Below, in pieces: positions 1 to 6,841 of a DNA stretch of 26,855 bases. The notes below the pieces were generated by a model. It was not told the origin of the DNA. It worked only from the letters and a program-made list of their open reading frames with translations, and made no database searches. The DNA is from Actinomycetes bacterium (GTDB lineage Bacteria > Actinomycetota > Actinomycetes > JAHEKZ01), in contig JBJMHG010000143.1 in the NCBI GenBank assembly GCA_045807485.1, positions 1-26,855 on the forward strand. Direction: 5' to 3'. Within the stretch, counting starts at the first letter, position 1, and every line of letters begins with the position of its first letter. Both the position numbers and the translations under genes were made by a program.

Positions 1-649
1 TTGCGGGCTGACCTACCGGAGCGCGGTTCGCTGGTAGCACCAACATGACGACACCGATGACCAGACCCACTGCCAACCATCCGGCGAAGTTGACCATGGG
101 GACGCCTTCGATGCCCGGAACTTCGGGCGTGGTTGTCGACCAACGCCATGCGTCCAGGTCGACCATCATCGGATCGAGGAAGAAGTCCCACGCCATCAGT
201 GACCAGGCGGTGACGACCGGGATCAGCCATCGCCGCCAGACCAACGTCGACGCGGCGACGTGCGCCGGATAGGCCATCATCGCCCAGGCCAACGGGATGA
301 CAGCAGGGACGCCGAACAGGTCTGGACCGAGCACGTCGGTGTATGAGTAGTCACCGAACGGAATACCAGAAGTGGATCCGGACCGTTCAACTGCCCAACC
401 GATGGCAGGAACGACGAGGCCAACGATGACGAACCCGCGCCATCGGTGACATGCCGTGGCGTGAACCAGCGATGCCAGGAAGAAGGTCACCACCGTGACA
501 GCGGCGAGCGTCGGCTGCTGGGCTTCGTCAGTGAGGGGAAAGGCAATCTCGAGCGCGATCGTCGCGAGCACTAATACCCAGCCGAATCCCATCGAAAATG
601 GGGACGGTCTAACTGTGGGCGCCGGCCCGGTGTAGCTGCGCAGACTCAT
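1..649 (-). CDS. Carotenoid biosynthesis membrane protein, CruF-like carotenoid 1,2-hydratase family (DUF422); partial, 3' end outside the window
   Basis: Not in the ORF track (no stop in window). Manual translation from ATG 649: MSLRSYTGPAP...GWAVERSGSTSGIPFGDYSYTDVLGPDLFGVPAVIPLAWAMMAY...AWDFFLDPMMV...GVPMVNFAGW. The PFGxYxY, GVPxxIPLAW, WDxxLDP and PxxNFxGW motifs are typical of the family. ATG overlaps the DUF4126 stop (ATGA, 646-649). Confidence 0.85.
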   Translation of the reverse strand, partial: MSLRSYTGPAPTVRPSPFSMGFGWVLVLATIALEIAFPLTDEAQQPTLAAVTVVTFFLASLVHATACHRWRGFVIVGLVVPAIGWAVERSGSTSGIPFGDYSYTDVLGPDLFGVPAVIPLAWAMMAYPAHVAASTLVWRRWLIPVVTAWSLMAWDFFLDPMMVDLDAWRWSTTTPEVPGIEGVPMVNFAGWLAVGLVIGVVMLVLPANRAPVGQPA

Positions 650-1236
650 GGTTCCTCAGGTGCACGTCGTCGTTGTCGAGAGCGACGGTATCGGGTGATG
701 GCTTTCCAGAAGATCACGACTACGACAACTCCGCAGGTGAGCAGCACGGCTGCGATGAAAGCGGCAACCCACGGCGCAATGAATGCCATGAGAGTAACGA
801 CGAATACCGCAGCATCTTCCAAGAGGCTGACGATGATATTGCTGATCGGCTCTGGTGATGTGTTGACTGCAACTCTGGTGCCAGACTTCACGAGGTGGGA
901 CGCCAGAGCAGTACCACCACCAAGGCTCGCGAGCACAGCCTGGTCAAGCGACGACGCGTCGCCAGATATGAGCAGTGCGATTGCGGCACCGGCGACCGGA
1001 CGAATGGCGGTGTTGATCGCGTCCCAGGTCGAGTCGAGGTAGGCAGTCTTGTCGACGACGAAGTCGATCGCGGTGAGTATCGCTGCGGCGATGAGTACGT
1101 CGGTTCTCGTCAACGCATCGGGCACGCCGAGGTCACTGACTCGACCGACTATTCCCGCGAGCAGCACGACCAAGTAGGGGTTGATGCCGCTGGCCCAACC
1201 ACCGGTGAATACCAGAGGTACTAGATCAGTGGGCAT
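646..1236 (-). CDS. DUF4126 family integral membrane protein (196 aa)
   Basis: Start moved from the track's 1317 to ATG 1236, which overlaps the upstream stop (TGATG). Motifs GWASGINPY, DFVVDKTAYLDSTWDAINTAIRPVAGA and NTSPEPISNIIVSLLED; several hydrophobic helices and a basic C-terminal tail. Confidence 0.85.
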   Translation of the reverse strand: MPTDLVPLVFTGGWASGINPYLVVLLAGIVGRVSDLGVPDALTRTDVLIAAAILTAIDFVVDKTAYLDSTWDAINTAIRPVAGAAIALLISGDASSLDQAVLASLGGGTALASHLVKSGTRVAVNTSPEPISNIIVSLLEDAAVFVVTLMAFIAPWVAAFIAAVLLTCGVVVVVIFWKAITRYRRSRQRRRAPEEP

Positions 1237-1952
1237 CAGAGCTTCACCGAACGACCGCGGTAGGTGCCGCCGATCTCCTTGACGAGGAAGCGCGCGAAGA
1301 GCTCCTCGGTGAACCACCCGGTCTCGCGGGTGCGCTCGATCGCTCGACGGTGGCTCGAAGTCTCGTAGGCGAACGCATTCATCGAGGCCATGTCGTCCCA
1401 GACGCTGAACGTGCCTTGCAGTCCGATCGGCGCCTCACCGATGCTGAGCGACCATTGCAGACCCCGCTGTGTCGTGAGTGACGCGGCGACGTCCGGGACG
1501 CTGCGCCAGAAGTCGGTGAGCTGACTCCATCGGATGCGGGCACGGGTGATCGCGGCGACCGGACCGAGCGACTCGTCTTGTGCATGTGGTGATGGCGTAC
1601 CGAACGGACGGCGTCCAGACCACTCGCCGGTGCTGGACAGTGGGGTCATGAGGACGCGTGCGCGTTCGGTGCTGGCGGCGTCCCAACGACGTATGACGCG
1701 TGATTGCTCGAAGGTGGTCGCGGCGTGTGGGGCGTCCCAACATGCGAGCAGAGCCCAGTGCCGAGGATCGGCGTCCTGAGGGGCGAAGGTCATGCCGTTT
1801 CCGGTTCCGAGCACCTTGGCGAAGAGCAGCCCCGGGTATCCCGAAACCGCGAACCGATCACCGGCGACCCGAGCCAGGGCAGCAGGGATCTGGCGGGTGG
1901 AGACGCCCCAGACGTGCAGCGAAACCAGCGCAGGCACGAGGGACCGAGACAT
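1236..1952 (-). CDS. CrtA-like (spheroidene monooxygenase family) carotenoid monooxygenase (238 aa)
   Basis: Two repeated halves: GLLFAKVLGTGNG...WALLACW, and AITRARIRW...FWRSVP...IGEAPIGLQGTFSVW...FAY...H..AI.RT...WF.EELFARF. Conserved His in FAYETSSH. ATG 1952 chosen over GTG 1997 because of the adjacent -10 element. Confidence 0.8.
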   Translation of the reverse strand: MSRSLVPALVSLHVWGVSTRQIPAALARVAGDRFAVSGYPGLLFAKVLGTGNGMTFAPQDADPRHWALLACWDAPHAATTFEQSRVIRRWDAASTERARVLMTPLSSTGEWSGRRPFGTPSPHAQDESLGPVAAITRARIRWSQLTDFWRSVPDVAASLTTQRGLQWSLSIGEAPIGLQGTFSVWDDMASMNAFAYETSSHRRAIERTRETGWFTEELFARFLVKEIGGTYRGRSVKL

Positions 1953-1965
1953 GTAAATGACAGTA
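1953..1965 (-). promoter_or_regulatory. Putative -10 element (TACTGT) giving a leaderless transcript of the carotenoid operon
   Basis: Minus strand reads TACTGT-CATTTAC-ATG: TANNNT at 1965-1960, 7 nt, then ATG 1952. No Shine-Dalgarno and no convincing -35 seen. Confidence 0.5.
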
Positions 1966-2003
1966 GGCGCCGGGGGTTGACCCCACGGGCTGAGCACGCT
2001 TTA

Positions 2004-2039
2004 CTTCAGGTATTCGAACATGTGTTCGAATACCTGAAG
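2004..2039. repeat. 36-bp palindrome: 17-bp perfect inverted arms with a 2-nt spacer
   Basis: CTTCAGGTATTCGAACA-TG-TGTTCGAATACCTGAAG; arms 2004-2020 and 2023-2039 are exact reverse complements. Confidence 0.97.
2014..2029. promoter_or_regulatory. LexA operator (actinobacterial SOS box)
   Basis: TCGAAC-ATGT-GTTCGA matches the actinobacterial consensus TCGAAC-N4-GTTCGA exactly and lies upstream of DnaE2-like and DinB polymerase genes. Confidence 0.9.
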
Positions 2040-2054
2040 GAGGTCACGACCTCC
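2039..2054. repeat. 16-bp palindrome abutting the SOS palindrome
   Basis: GGAGGTC-AC-GACCTCC, 7-bp perfect arms. Confidence 0.8.
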
Positions 2055-2149
2055 GGGTAGACACCCCAGGTTGGTTGGACGGGACGGCGACCTCGACCCT
2101 CGTCGTTCCGTCCACCACCTGTTCCCGTGACCCATGCAAGGGGGCTCCC

Positions 2150-2473
2150 GTGCGACGAATCGACGAGGCGATCGAGTCCTTGGCGCCACCGAAGGTCGCC
2201 GGCACTCCGCTAGGAGCTCTAGAGGCACCGATGGCGTTCCGGTGGCGGGGCAGGCGCTATGTGGTCGACTCGGTGCTGGCCCACTGGGTCGAAACCGGCG
2301 CGTGGTGGCATCACACCGAGCGGCCCGACCGCGCCCCACAGCCGGCTGACCCTGAGCGCTGGCTCTGGCGAGTCGAGGCTGGCAGTAAGACCACCCAGAC
2401 CGGGGTCTTCGACCTTTGTCTCGAGCCCGACCCTCCGTCGGGGCGCTGGTCCCTGCACGCGATCTACGACTGA
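2150..2473 (+). CDS. DUF6504 family small protein (107 aa), resembles the ImuB C-terminal domain
   Basis: GTG 2150 preceded by AAGGGGG, in frame with track ORF 2075..2473. MRRIDEAIE...PMAFRWRGRRYVVDSVLAHWVETGAWW...WRVEA...GVFDL...RWSLHAIYD. The ImuB-C resemblance is by eye only. Confidence 0.8.
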   Translation: MRRIDEAIESLAPPKVAGTPLGALEAPMAFRWRGRRYVVDSVLAHWVETGAWWHHTERPDRAPQPADPERWLWRVEAGSKTTQTGVFDLCLEPDPPSGRWSLHAIYD

Positions 2474-2541
2474 CACAACTGACCTGCCACCGGAACAGAG
2501 TCCACTGAAAAGAGCCCACCGAAAAGAGGAGGACACTCACC

Positions 2542-3015
2542 ATGGCGACGACGACATCGTCTCCCGCAACGCGATCGCGATCATCATCGAGCTCGTCCTC
2601 GGGTTCATCTGTCCCACCGCGTGGGTCCTCCGGCAGCGTCCTCGACCTGCTGGCCGCGGCGCACCGGGGATTGACCGAAGCCGCAGTCGAACCGCGAGCC
2701 AGTCGCCGTTATGCCGTGGCGCACCTCGCGGCGTTGCGAGCGGCTGCGGCGGTCTTGGCGACTCGGGCAAGGCCAGGCGGACGCCGCGGCCCACGGAGCG
2801 CGTGGGAGCTGTTGGCACATGCCGCACCAGAGCTGTCCGAATGGGCCACCTTCTTCGCTGCCGGAGCCGGCAAACGGGCAGCGGCAGAGGCCGGACTCGA
2901 CGCGGTGACCACTCGAGAGGCTGACGACCTGTTGCGCGACGTCGACACCTTCTTGGCGTTGGCCGAGACGACGGTCGGCGTCCCACACCAGACCTCGCTA
3001 CCACGCGTCAGCTGA
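2542..3015 (+). CDS. SAV_6107-family HEPN domain protein (157 aa)
   Basis: GAGGAGGA RBS. Motifs RYAVAHLAALRAAAAVLA, SAWELL...APELSEWATFFAAGAGKRAAAEAG and READDLLRD; Ser-rich disordered N-terminus. Confidence 0.85.
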   Translation: MATTTSSPATRSRSSSSSSSGSSVPPRGSSGSVLDLLAAAHRGLTEAAVEPRASRRYAVAHLAALRAAAAVLATRARPGGRRGPRSAWELLAHAAPELSEWATFFAAGAGKRAAAEAGLDAVTTREADDLLRDVDTFLALAETTVGVPHQTSLPRVS

Positions 3016-3018
3016 CAG

Positions 3019-6000
3019 GTGTCCTTCCCGCATCTTCACGTCGCCTCCGGCTGGTCGTTGCGGCACGGTGCTTCCAGCCCCGAGCTGCTGGTCGAGGTCG
3101 CAGCTGAACGAGGTCTCACCACGTTGGCCTTGACCGATCGCGATGGTGTACGTGGCGCAGTCCGGTTCGCGCGTGCAGCGATGTCGGCCGGGATTGCCAC
3201 AGTTTTCGGCACTGACTTGGCGCTGGTCGGTTCCGACGTTCGAGGACCAACGTCGCCACTGCGGCCCTACGGTCCCGTGCCGACTAACCCGGTGCCGTAT
3301 ACCCGCCCGGTTCGTGCTCCGGTCAAGGGAGGGCGCTCTGTCGACCCGCGGTCGCCACGCGTCACGGTGCTGGCGCGAGGTCCACATGGTTGGGGGGCGC
3401 TCTGCCGGTTGGTCTCGGCAGCACATGCCAGAGGCGAAGCGCTCACCGGGCGAGGCCAGCCGGTGGTCGACCTACCACTCATTGCTGAGTACGCCGCCGA
3501 TGGTGCGTTGGTGGTATTGCTCGGTCCCGACTCCGACGTCGGCCGCCTGTTGGCTCGTCAGCGACCTGACCTGGCCACTGATCGTTGGCGGCTGTGGCAA
3601 AGCCAGATCCCTCAGCTGTGGTGCGAAGTGGTCAACCATCGCGGTGCAGATCCTGCTGGTCGATCGGCGGCTTTTGCCGGCCGGATGCTCCGGTGGGCGC
3701 ACGAACAGCGTGCTCGGGCACTGCTGACCAACACGGTTCGCTATGCCCGCCGTGAGGACGCCCCGGTTGCCGATGTGCTCGATGCCGCGCGCCGACTGGT
3801 GCCGCTCGACATCCGACACATAGATCGCCGCACCGGTGAGGGCTACTTGAAGTCGAGCGCCCAGATGGCTGAGGTCGCCAGTGAGGTGGCACGTCTTTCC
3901 GGAGTGGGCACTGAGCGAGCGACGACTCGCCAGCTGCTCGAGGCAACCGAGCGGCTGGCACACGAGTGCGTACTCGACCCGATCGATCACCTTGGTCTGG
4001 GGTCGGTTCACTTTCCTGAGCTCGAGGTGGTTGATCAGCAGGCAGTGGCGTCCGGCACGCCTGCAGATGTCGTGCTCCGCCGCCGCTGCGAAGTCGGCTG
4101 GTCGAGACGTGGTCTTCCAGAACGTGGCCAGAAATCACGCGAAGCACGTGAACGGCTCGAGCACGAGCTCGCGATCATCGCTGAGCTCCACTACGCCACC
4201 TACTTCCTCACCGTGGCTGACGTGGTCGACCTGATTCGCGAGATGCAGGTGAGGGTGGCAGCCAGGGGGTCAGGCGCTGGATCGCTGGTCACTTATCTTC
4301 TGGGCATCTCAGGAGTCGACCCGCTGCGTCACGACTTGTTGTTCGAACGCTTCCTTTCACCGCTGCGGCAGGCGCTGCCAGATATCGATGTCGATGTGGA
4401 GTCCGCCCGTCGTACCGACATCTACACCGCGATCTTCGAACGTTATGGGGCCGACCGAGTCGCGTGTGTCTCCATGGCCGACACCTATCGGGTCAGGCAT
4501 GCGATCCGCGACGTAGGTGCAGCTCTCGGACTCCCACCTTCAGAGGTCGACACTCTGGCGAAGGCGTTCCCGCACATCCGGGCCCGTGACGCACGAAACG
4601 CCCTCCGTGAGCTGCCTGAGCTCAGAGCGAGCCGAATCGCTGATGATCCCCGCACCCCGCTGTTGTTCTCGTTGGTGGAGCGACTCGACGGGCTGCCCCG
4701 TCATCTGGCTCTGCATCCTTGCGGGGTACTGCTCTCAGACATCACCTTGCTCGACCGCACCCCGGTGGAGTCGAGCGCGATGGGTTTTGCCATGAGCCAG
4801 TTCGACAAGGACGACGTCGAGCATCTCGGCCTGTTGAAGCTCGATGTCCTCGGGATCCGTATGCAGTCAGCCATGTCATACGCCCTTGACGAGATCGGGC
4901 GGGTCGAAGGAGCAGACCACCGCCCCGATCTGGACGCCGTACCGTTCGACGACCCAGCCACCTTCGACTTGATTCGTTCGACCCATACGTTGGGGTGCTT
5001 TCAGATCGAGTCACCAGGACAGCGCGAGCTGGTCGGCAAGTTTGCACCGGAGACTTTTGACGACCTGATCACCGATATCTCGCTGTTTCGGCCCGGTCCG
5101 GTGAAGTCGGACATGGTCAACCCCTTTCTGCGGGCTCGGCACGGATGGGTCGAGCCGCAGTACTTGCATCCAGATCTTGAGCCAGTCCTGAAGCCGACCT
5201 TCGGAGTCGTCGTCTTCCACGAACAGGTCATCGACATGCTTCACGTCATCGCCGGATGCTCACGTGCTGAAGGTGATGAGAAACGTCGTGCGCTCGGAGA
5301 CCCAGACGGGCAGGCCGAGACTCGGGAGTGGTTCTACCGACAAGCCACTGTTCGCGGATACGACCTGCCGACCATCGAGCGGATCTGGGAAGTACTACGA
5401 GCTTTCGCGTCGTTCGGCTTCTGCAAGGCACATGCTGCGGCGTTTGCGCTGCCTACATATCAGTCAGCCTGGCTCAAGGCTCACCACGCCGCCAGCTTTC
5501 TTGCCGGTGTGCTCACCCACGACCCTGGCATGTATCCGAAACGGTTGATTCTCGACGACGCGCGACAGTTCGGTATTTCGGTGCTGCCGGTCGACGTCAA
5601 CCTCTCGCGGCAGGGCTACCGGGTCGAGCGCGTGCAAGTGCTCGACACCGACATGGCTCTTCCTCCTCATCGAGTGCTTCCTCGAGTTGACCCCGAGGTC
5701 AGTCGTCGTCGCGGCGTCCTCGATCAACCTTTGCTTCCCGACGCGCGTGGCTACGGCATTCGAATCGCCTTGTCCGAGGTCAAGGGAATCAGTGAGACCG
5801 AAGTCGACCGGATCATCGCCGGACAGCCTTATCAGTCACTCACTGACTTCTGGCATCGTGCGGCGATTTCTCGTCCGGTGGTCGAGCGCTTGGTCCTTGC
5901 CGGCGCCTTCGACGATCTGCATGACATCGATCTCTCATTGCCCCAAGCGTCCGCCCGTCGTCGCGTGACGCGTCGAGACCTGCTGCTCCAGGTCGCAGAG

Positions 6001-6804
6001 CTTGATCGATGGACCGCCATGCCGGCATCGCGCCGTTCTCGTGCCAAAGACCAACCGATCAACGCTCAGCTGTCGCTTGCGCTCGGTCCATCGGACGAGC
6101 AGATCCTTCCGTCAGGTCTTCCAGAGATGACCGGAGCCGAACAGGTACGGGCCGAGCTCGACGTGCTCGGACTTGACGCCAGTCGGCACGTGGTCGACTT
6201 CTACACACCGTTGCTAAGAGCTCTCGAGGCGGTGCGCTCAGAGGATCTGCTCACGTGCCGGTCGCGCAGCGAGATTCTGGTCGCCGGGGTGAAAGTGGCG
6301 ACTCAGACCCCGCCGATCCGGTCAGGGCGGCGGGTCGTGTTCGTCACGCTCGATGACGCCACAGGACCGGTCGATGCCACCTTCTTCGAGGACGCGCAAG
6401 GTCCTTACGCGGCGACGCTGTTCCACTCGTGGCTACTGGTGATCCGTGGTGAGGTGCGAAGAACTGGCCCTCGGGGGATCTCGTTGCGAGCTACCGGGTG
6501 CTGGGAGCTCACTGGTCTGTACGACCTGTGGCAGCAGAACGGTATTCAGGCAGTTCTCGATCTGATCGACACCCCACCACCAGGATTTGGCGCTGATGAG
6601 GTCAGCGCGCCTGCTCCGGTTGCGCGTGAAGACCAGCCGTCTGGGTACACCGCCGGCGGAATGGGCCGTCGACGCGTTCTCGTCCACCCGAGCGGGTTCA
6701 AACAGTCGCCATATGCCGACGTCAAACCTGCCGGAGGCGACGTCAACCGCGGAACGCCACCACGCAAGCTCTGGCATTCCAGCCCAGGAAGCAGCGGCGG
6801 ATGA
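3019..6804 (+). CDS. dnaE2: C-family DNA polymerase III alpha homologue, error-prone DnaE2-like (1261 aa)
   Basis: PHP domain (HLHVAS, TDRDG), GRGS-type motif AARGSGAGS, catalytic PDIDVDVE (D457, D459) and KLDVLG (D609), SFGFCKAHAAAF, HhH (VKGISE), OB fold (TPPIRSGRRVVFVTLDD). PHP metal ligands are degenerate. Polymerase call is secure; the dnaE2 subclass is inferred from PHP degeneracy and SOS context. Confidence 0.88.
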   Translation: MSFPHLHVASGWSLRHGASSPELLVEVAAERGLTTLALTDRDGVRGAVRFARAAMSAGIATVFGTDLALVGSDVRGPTSPLRPYGPVPTNPVPYTRPVRAPVKGGRSVDPRSPRVTVLARGPHGWGALCRLVSAAHARGEALTGRGQPVVDLPLIAEYAADGALVVLLGPDSDVGRLLARQRPDLATDRWRLWQSQIPQLWCEVVNHRGADPAGRSAAFAGRMLRWAHEQRARALLTNTVRYARREDAPVADVLDAARRLVPLDIRHIDRRTGEGYLKSSAQMAEVASEVARLSGVGTERATTRQLLEATERLAHECVLDPIDHLGLGSVHFPELEVVDQQAVASGTPADVVLRRRCEVGWSRRGLPERGQKSREARERLEHELAIIAELHYATYFLTVADVVDLIREMQVRVAARGSGAGSLVTYLLGISGVDPLRHDLLFERFLSPLRQALPDIDVDVESARRTDIYTAIFERYGADRVACVSMADTYRVRHAIRDVGAALGLPPSEVDTLAKAFPHIRARDARNALRELPELRASRIADDPRTPLLFSLVERLDGLPRHLALHPCGVLLSDITLLDRTPVESSAMGFAMSQFDKDDVEHLGLLKLDVLGIRMQSAMSYALDEIGRVEGADHRPDLDAVPFDDPATFDLIRSTHTLGCFQIESPGQRELVGKFAPETFDDLITDISLFRPGPVKSDMVNPFLRARHGWVEPQYLHPDLEPVLKPTFGVVVFHEQVIDMLHVIAGCSRAEGDEKRRALGDPDGQAETREWFYRQATVRGYDLPTIERIWEVLRAFASFGFCKAHAAAFALPTYQSAWLKAHHAASFLAGVLTHDPGMYPKRLILDDARQFGISVLPVDVNLSRQGYRVERVQVLDTDMALPPHRVLPRVDPEVSRRRGVLDQPLLPDARGYGIRIALSEVKGISETEVDRIIAGQPYQSLTDFWHRAAISRPVVERLVLAGAFDDLHDIDLSLPQASARRRVTRRDLLLQVAELDRWTAMPASRRSRAKDQPINAQLSLALGPSDEQILPSGLPEMTGAEQVRAELDVLGLDASRHVVDFYTPLLRALEAVRSEDLLTCRSRSEILVAGVKVATQTPPIRSGRRVVFVTLDDATGPVDATFFEDAQGPYAATLFHSWLLVIRGEVRRTGPRGISLRATGCWELTGLYDLWQQNGIQAVLDLIDTPPPGFGADEVSAPAPVAREDQPSGYTAGGMGRRRVLVHPSGFKQSPYADVKPAGGDVNRGTPPRKLWHSSPGSSGG

Positions 6805-6841
6805 CGCCGATGGTGAGGCACCCAGGTAGGAGAATGCTGTC

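Noticed and set aside
45-272. 75-aa plus-strand ORF at the window start
   Set aside because: Antisense shadow of the CruF-like gene, which has clear family motifs on the minus strand.
2039-2043. GGAGG Shine-Dalgarno-like sequence
   Set aside because: No start codon at a usable distance on either strand; better explained as a palindrome arm.
1953-2149. PafBC-type (TGTCGG-N10-TANNNT) promoter, or a clear plus-strand -10 for the SOS operon
   Set aside because: No TGTCGG match seen; TTGACC at 1977-1982 has no properly spaced TANNNT, so no promoter was called.
1704-2543. ORFs 1704..2060 (+) and 2001..2543 (-) both encode LLQVFEHxFEYLK near their ends, suggesting a duplicated peptide
   Set aside because: A direct consequence of the 36-bp DNA palindrome; both ORFs overlap better-supported genes.
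2542-3015. HEPN gene as a toxin of a toxin-antitoxin or anti-phage system
   Set aside because: No MNT/antitoxin partner or other defence genes nearby, the canonical R-x4-6-H position lacks His, and the context is a chromosomal SOS operon. Not excluded experimentally.
3019-6804. Replicative DnaE1, or an intein-containing DnaE given its length
   Set aside because: PHP ligands are degenerate and the gene follows an SOS box. The extra length comes from Pro/Arg-rich loops and a C-terminal tail; no intein-like C/S start...HN end or LAGLIDADG block was seen.
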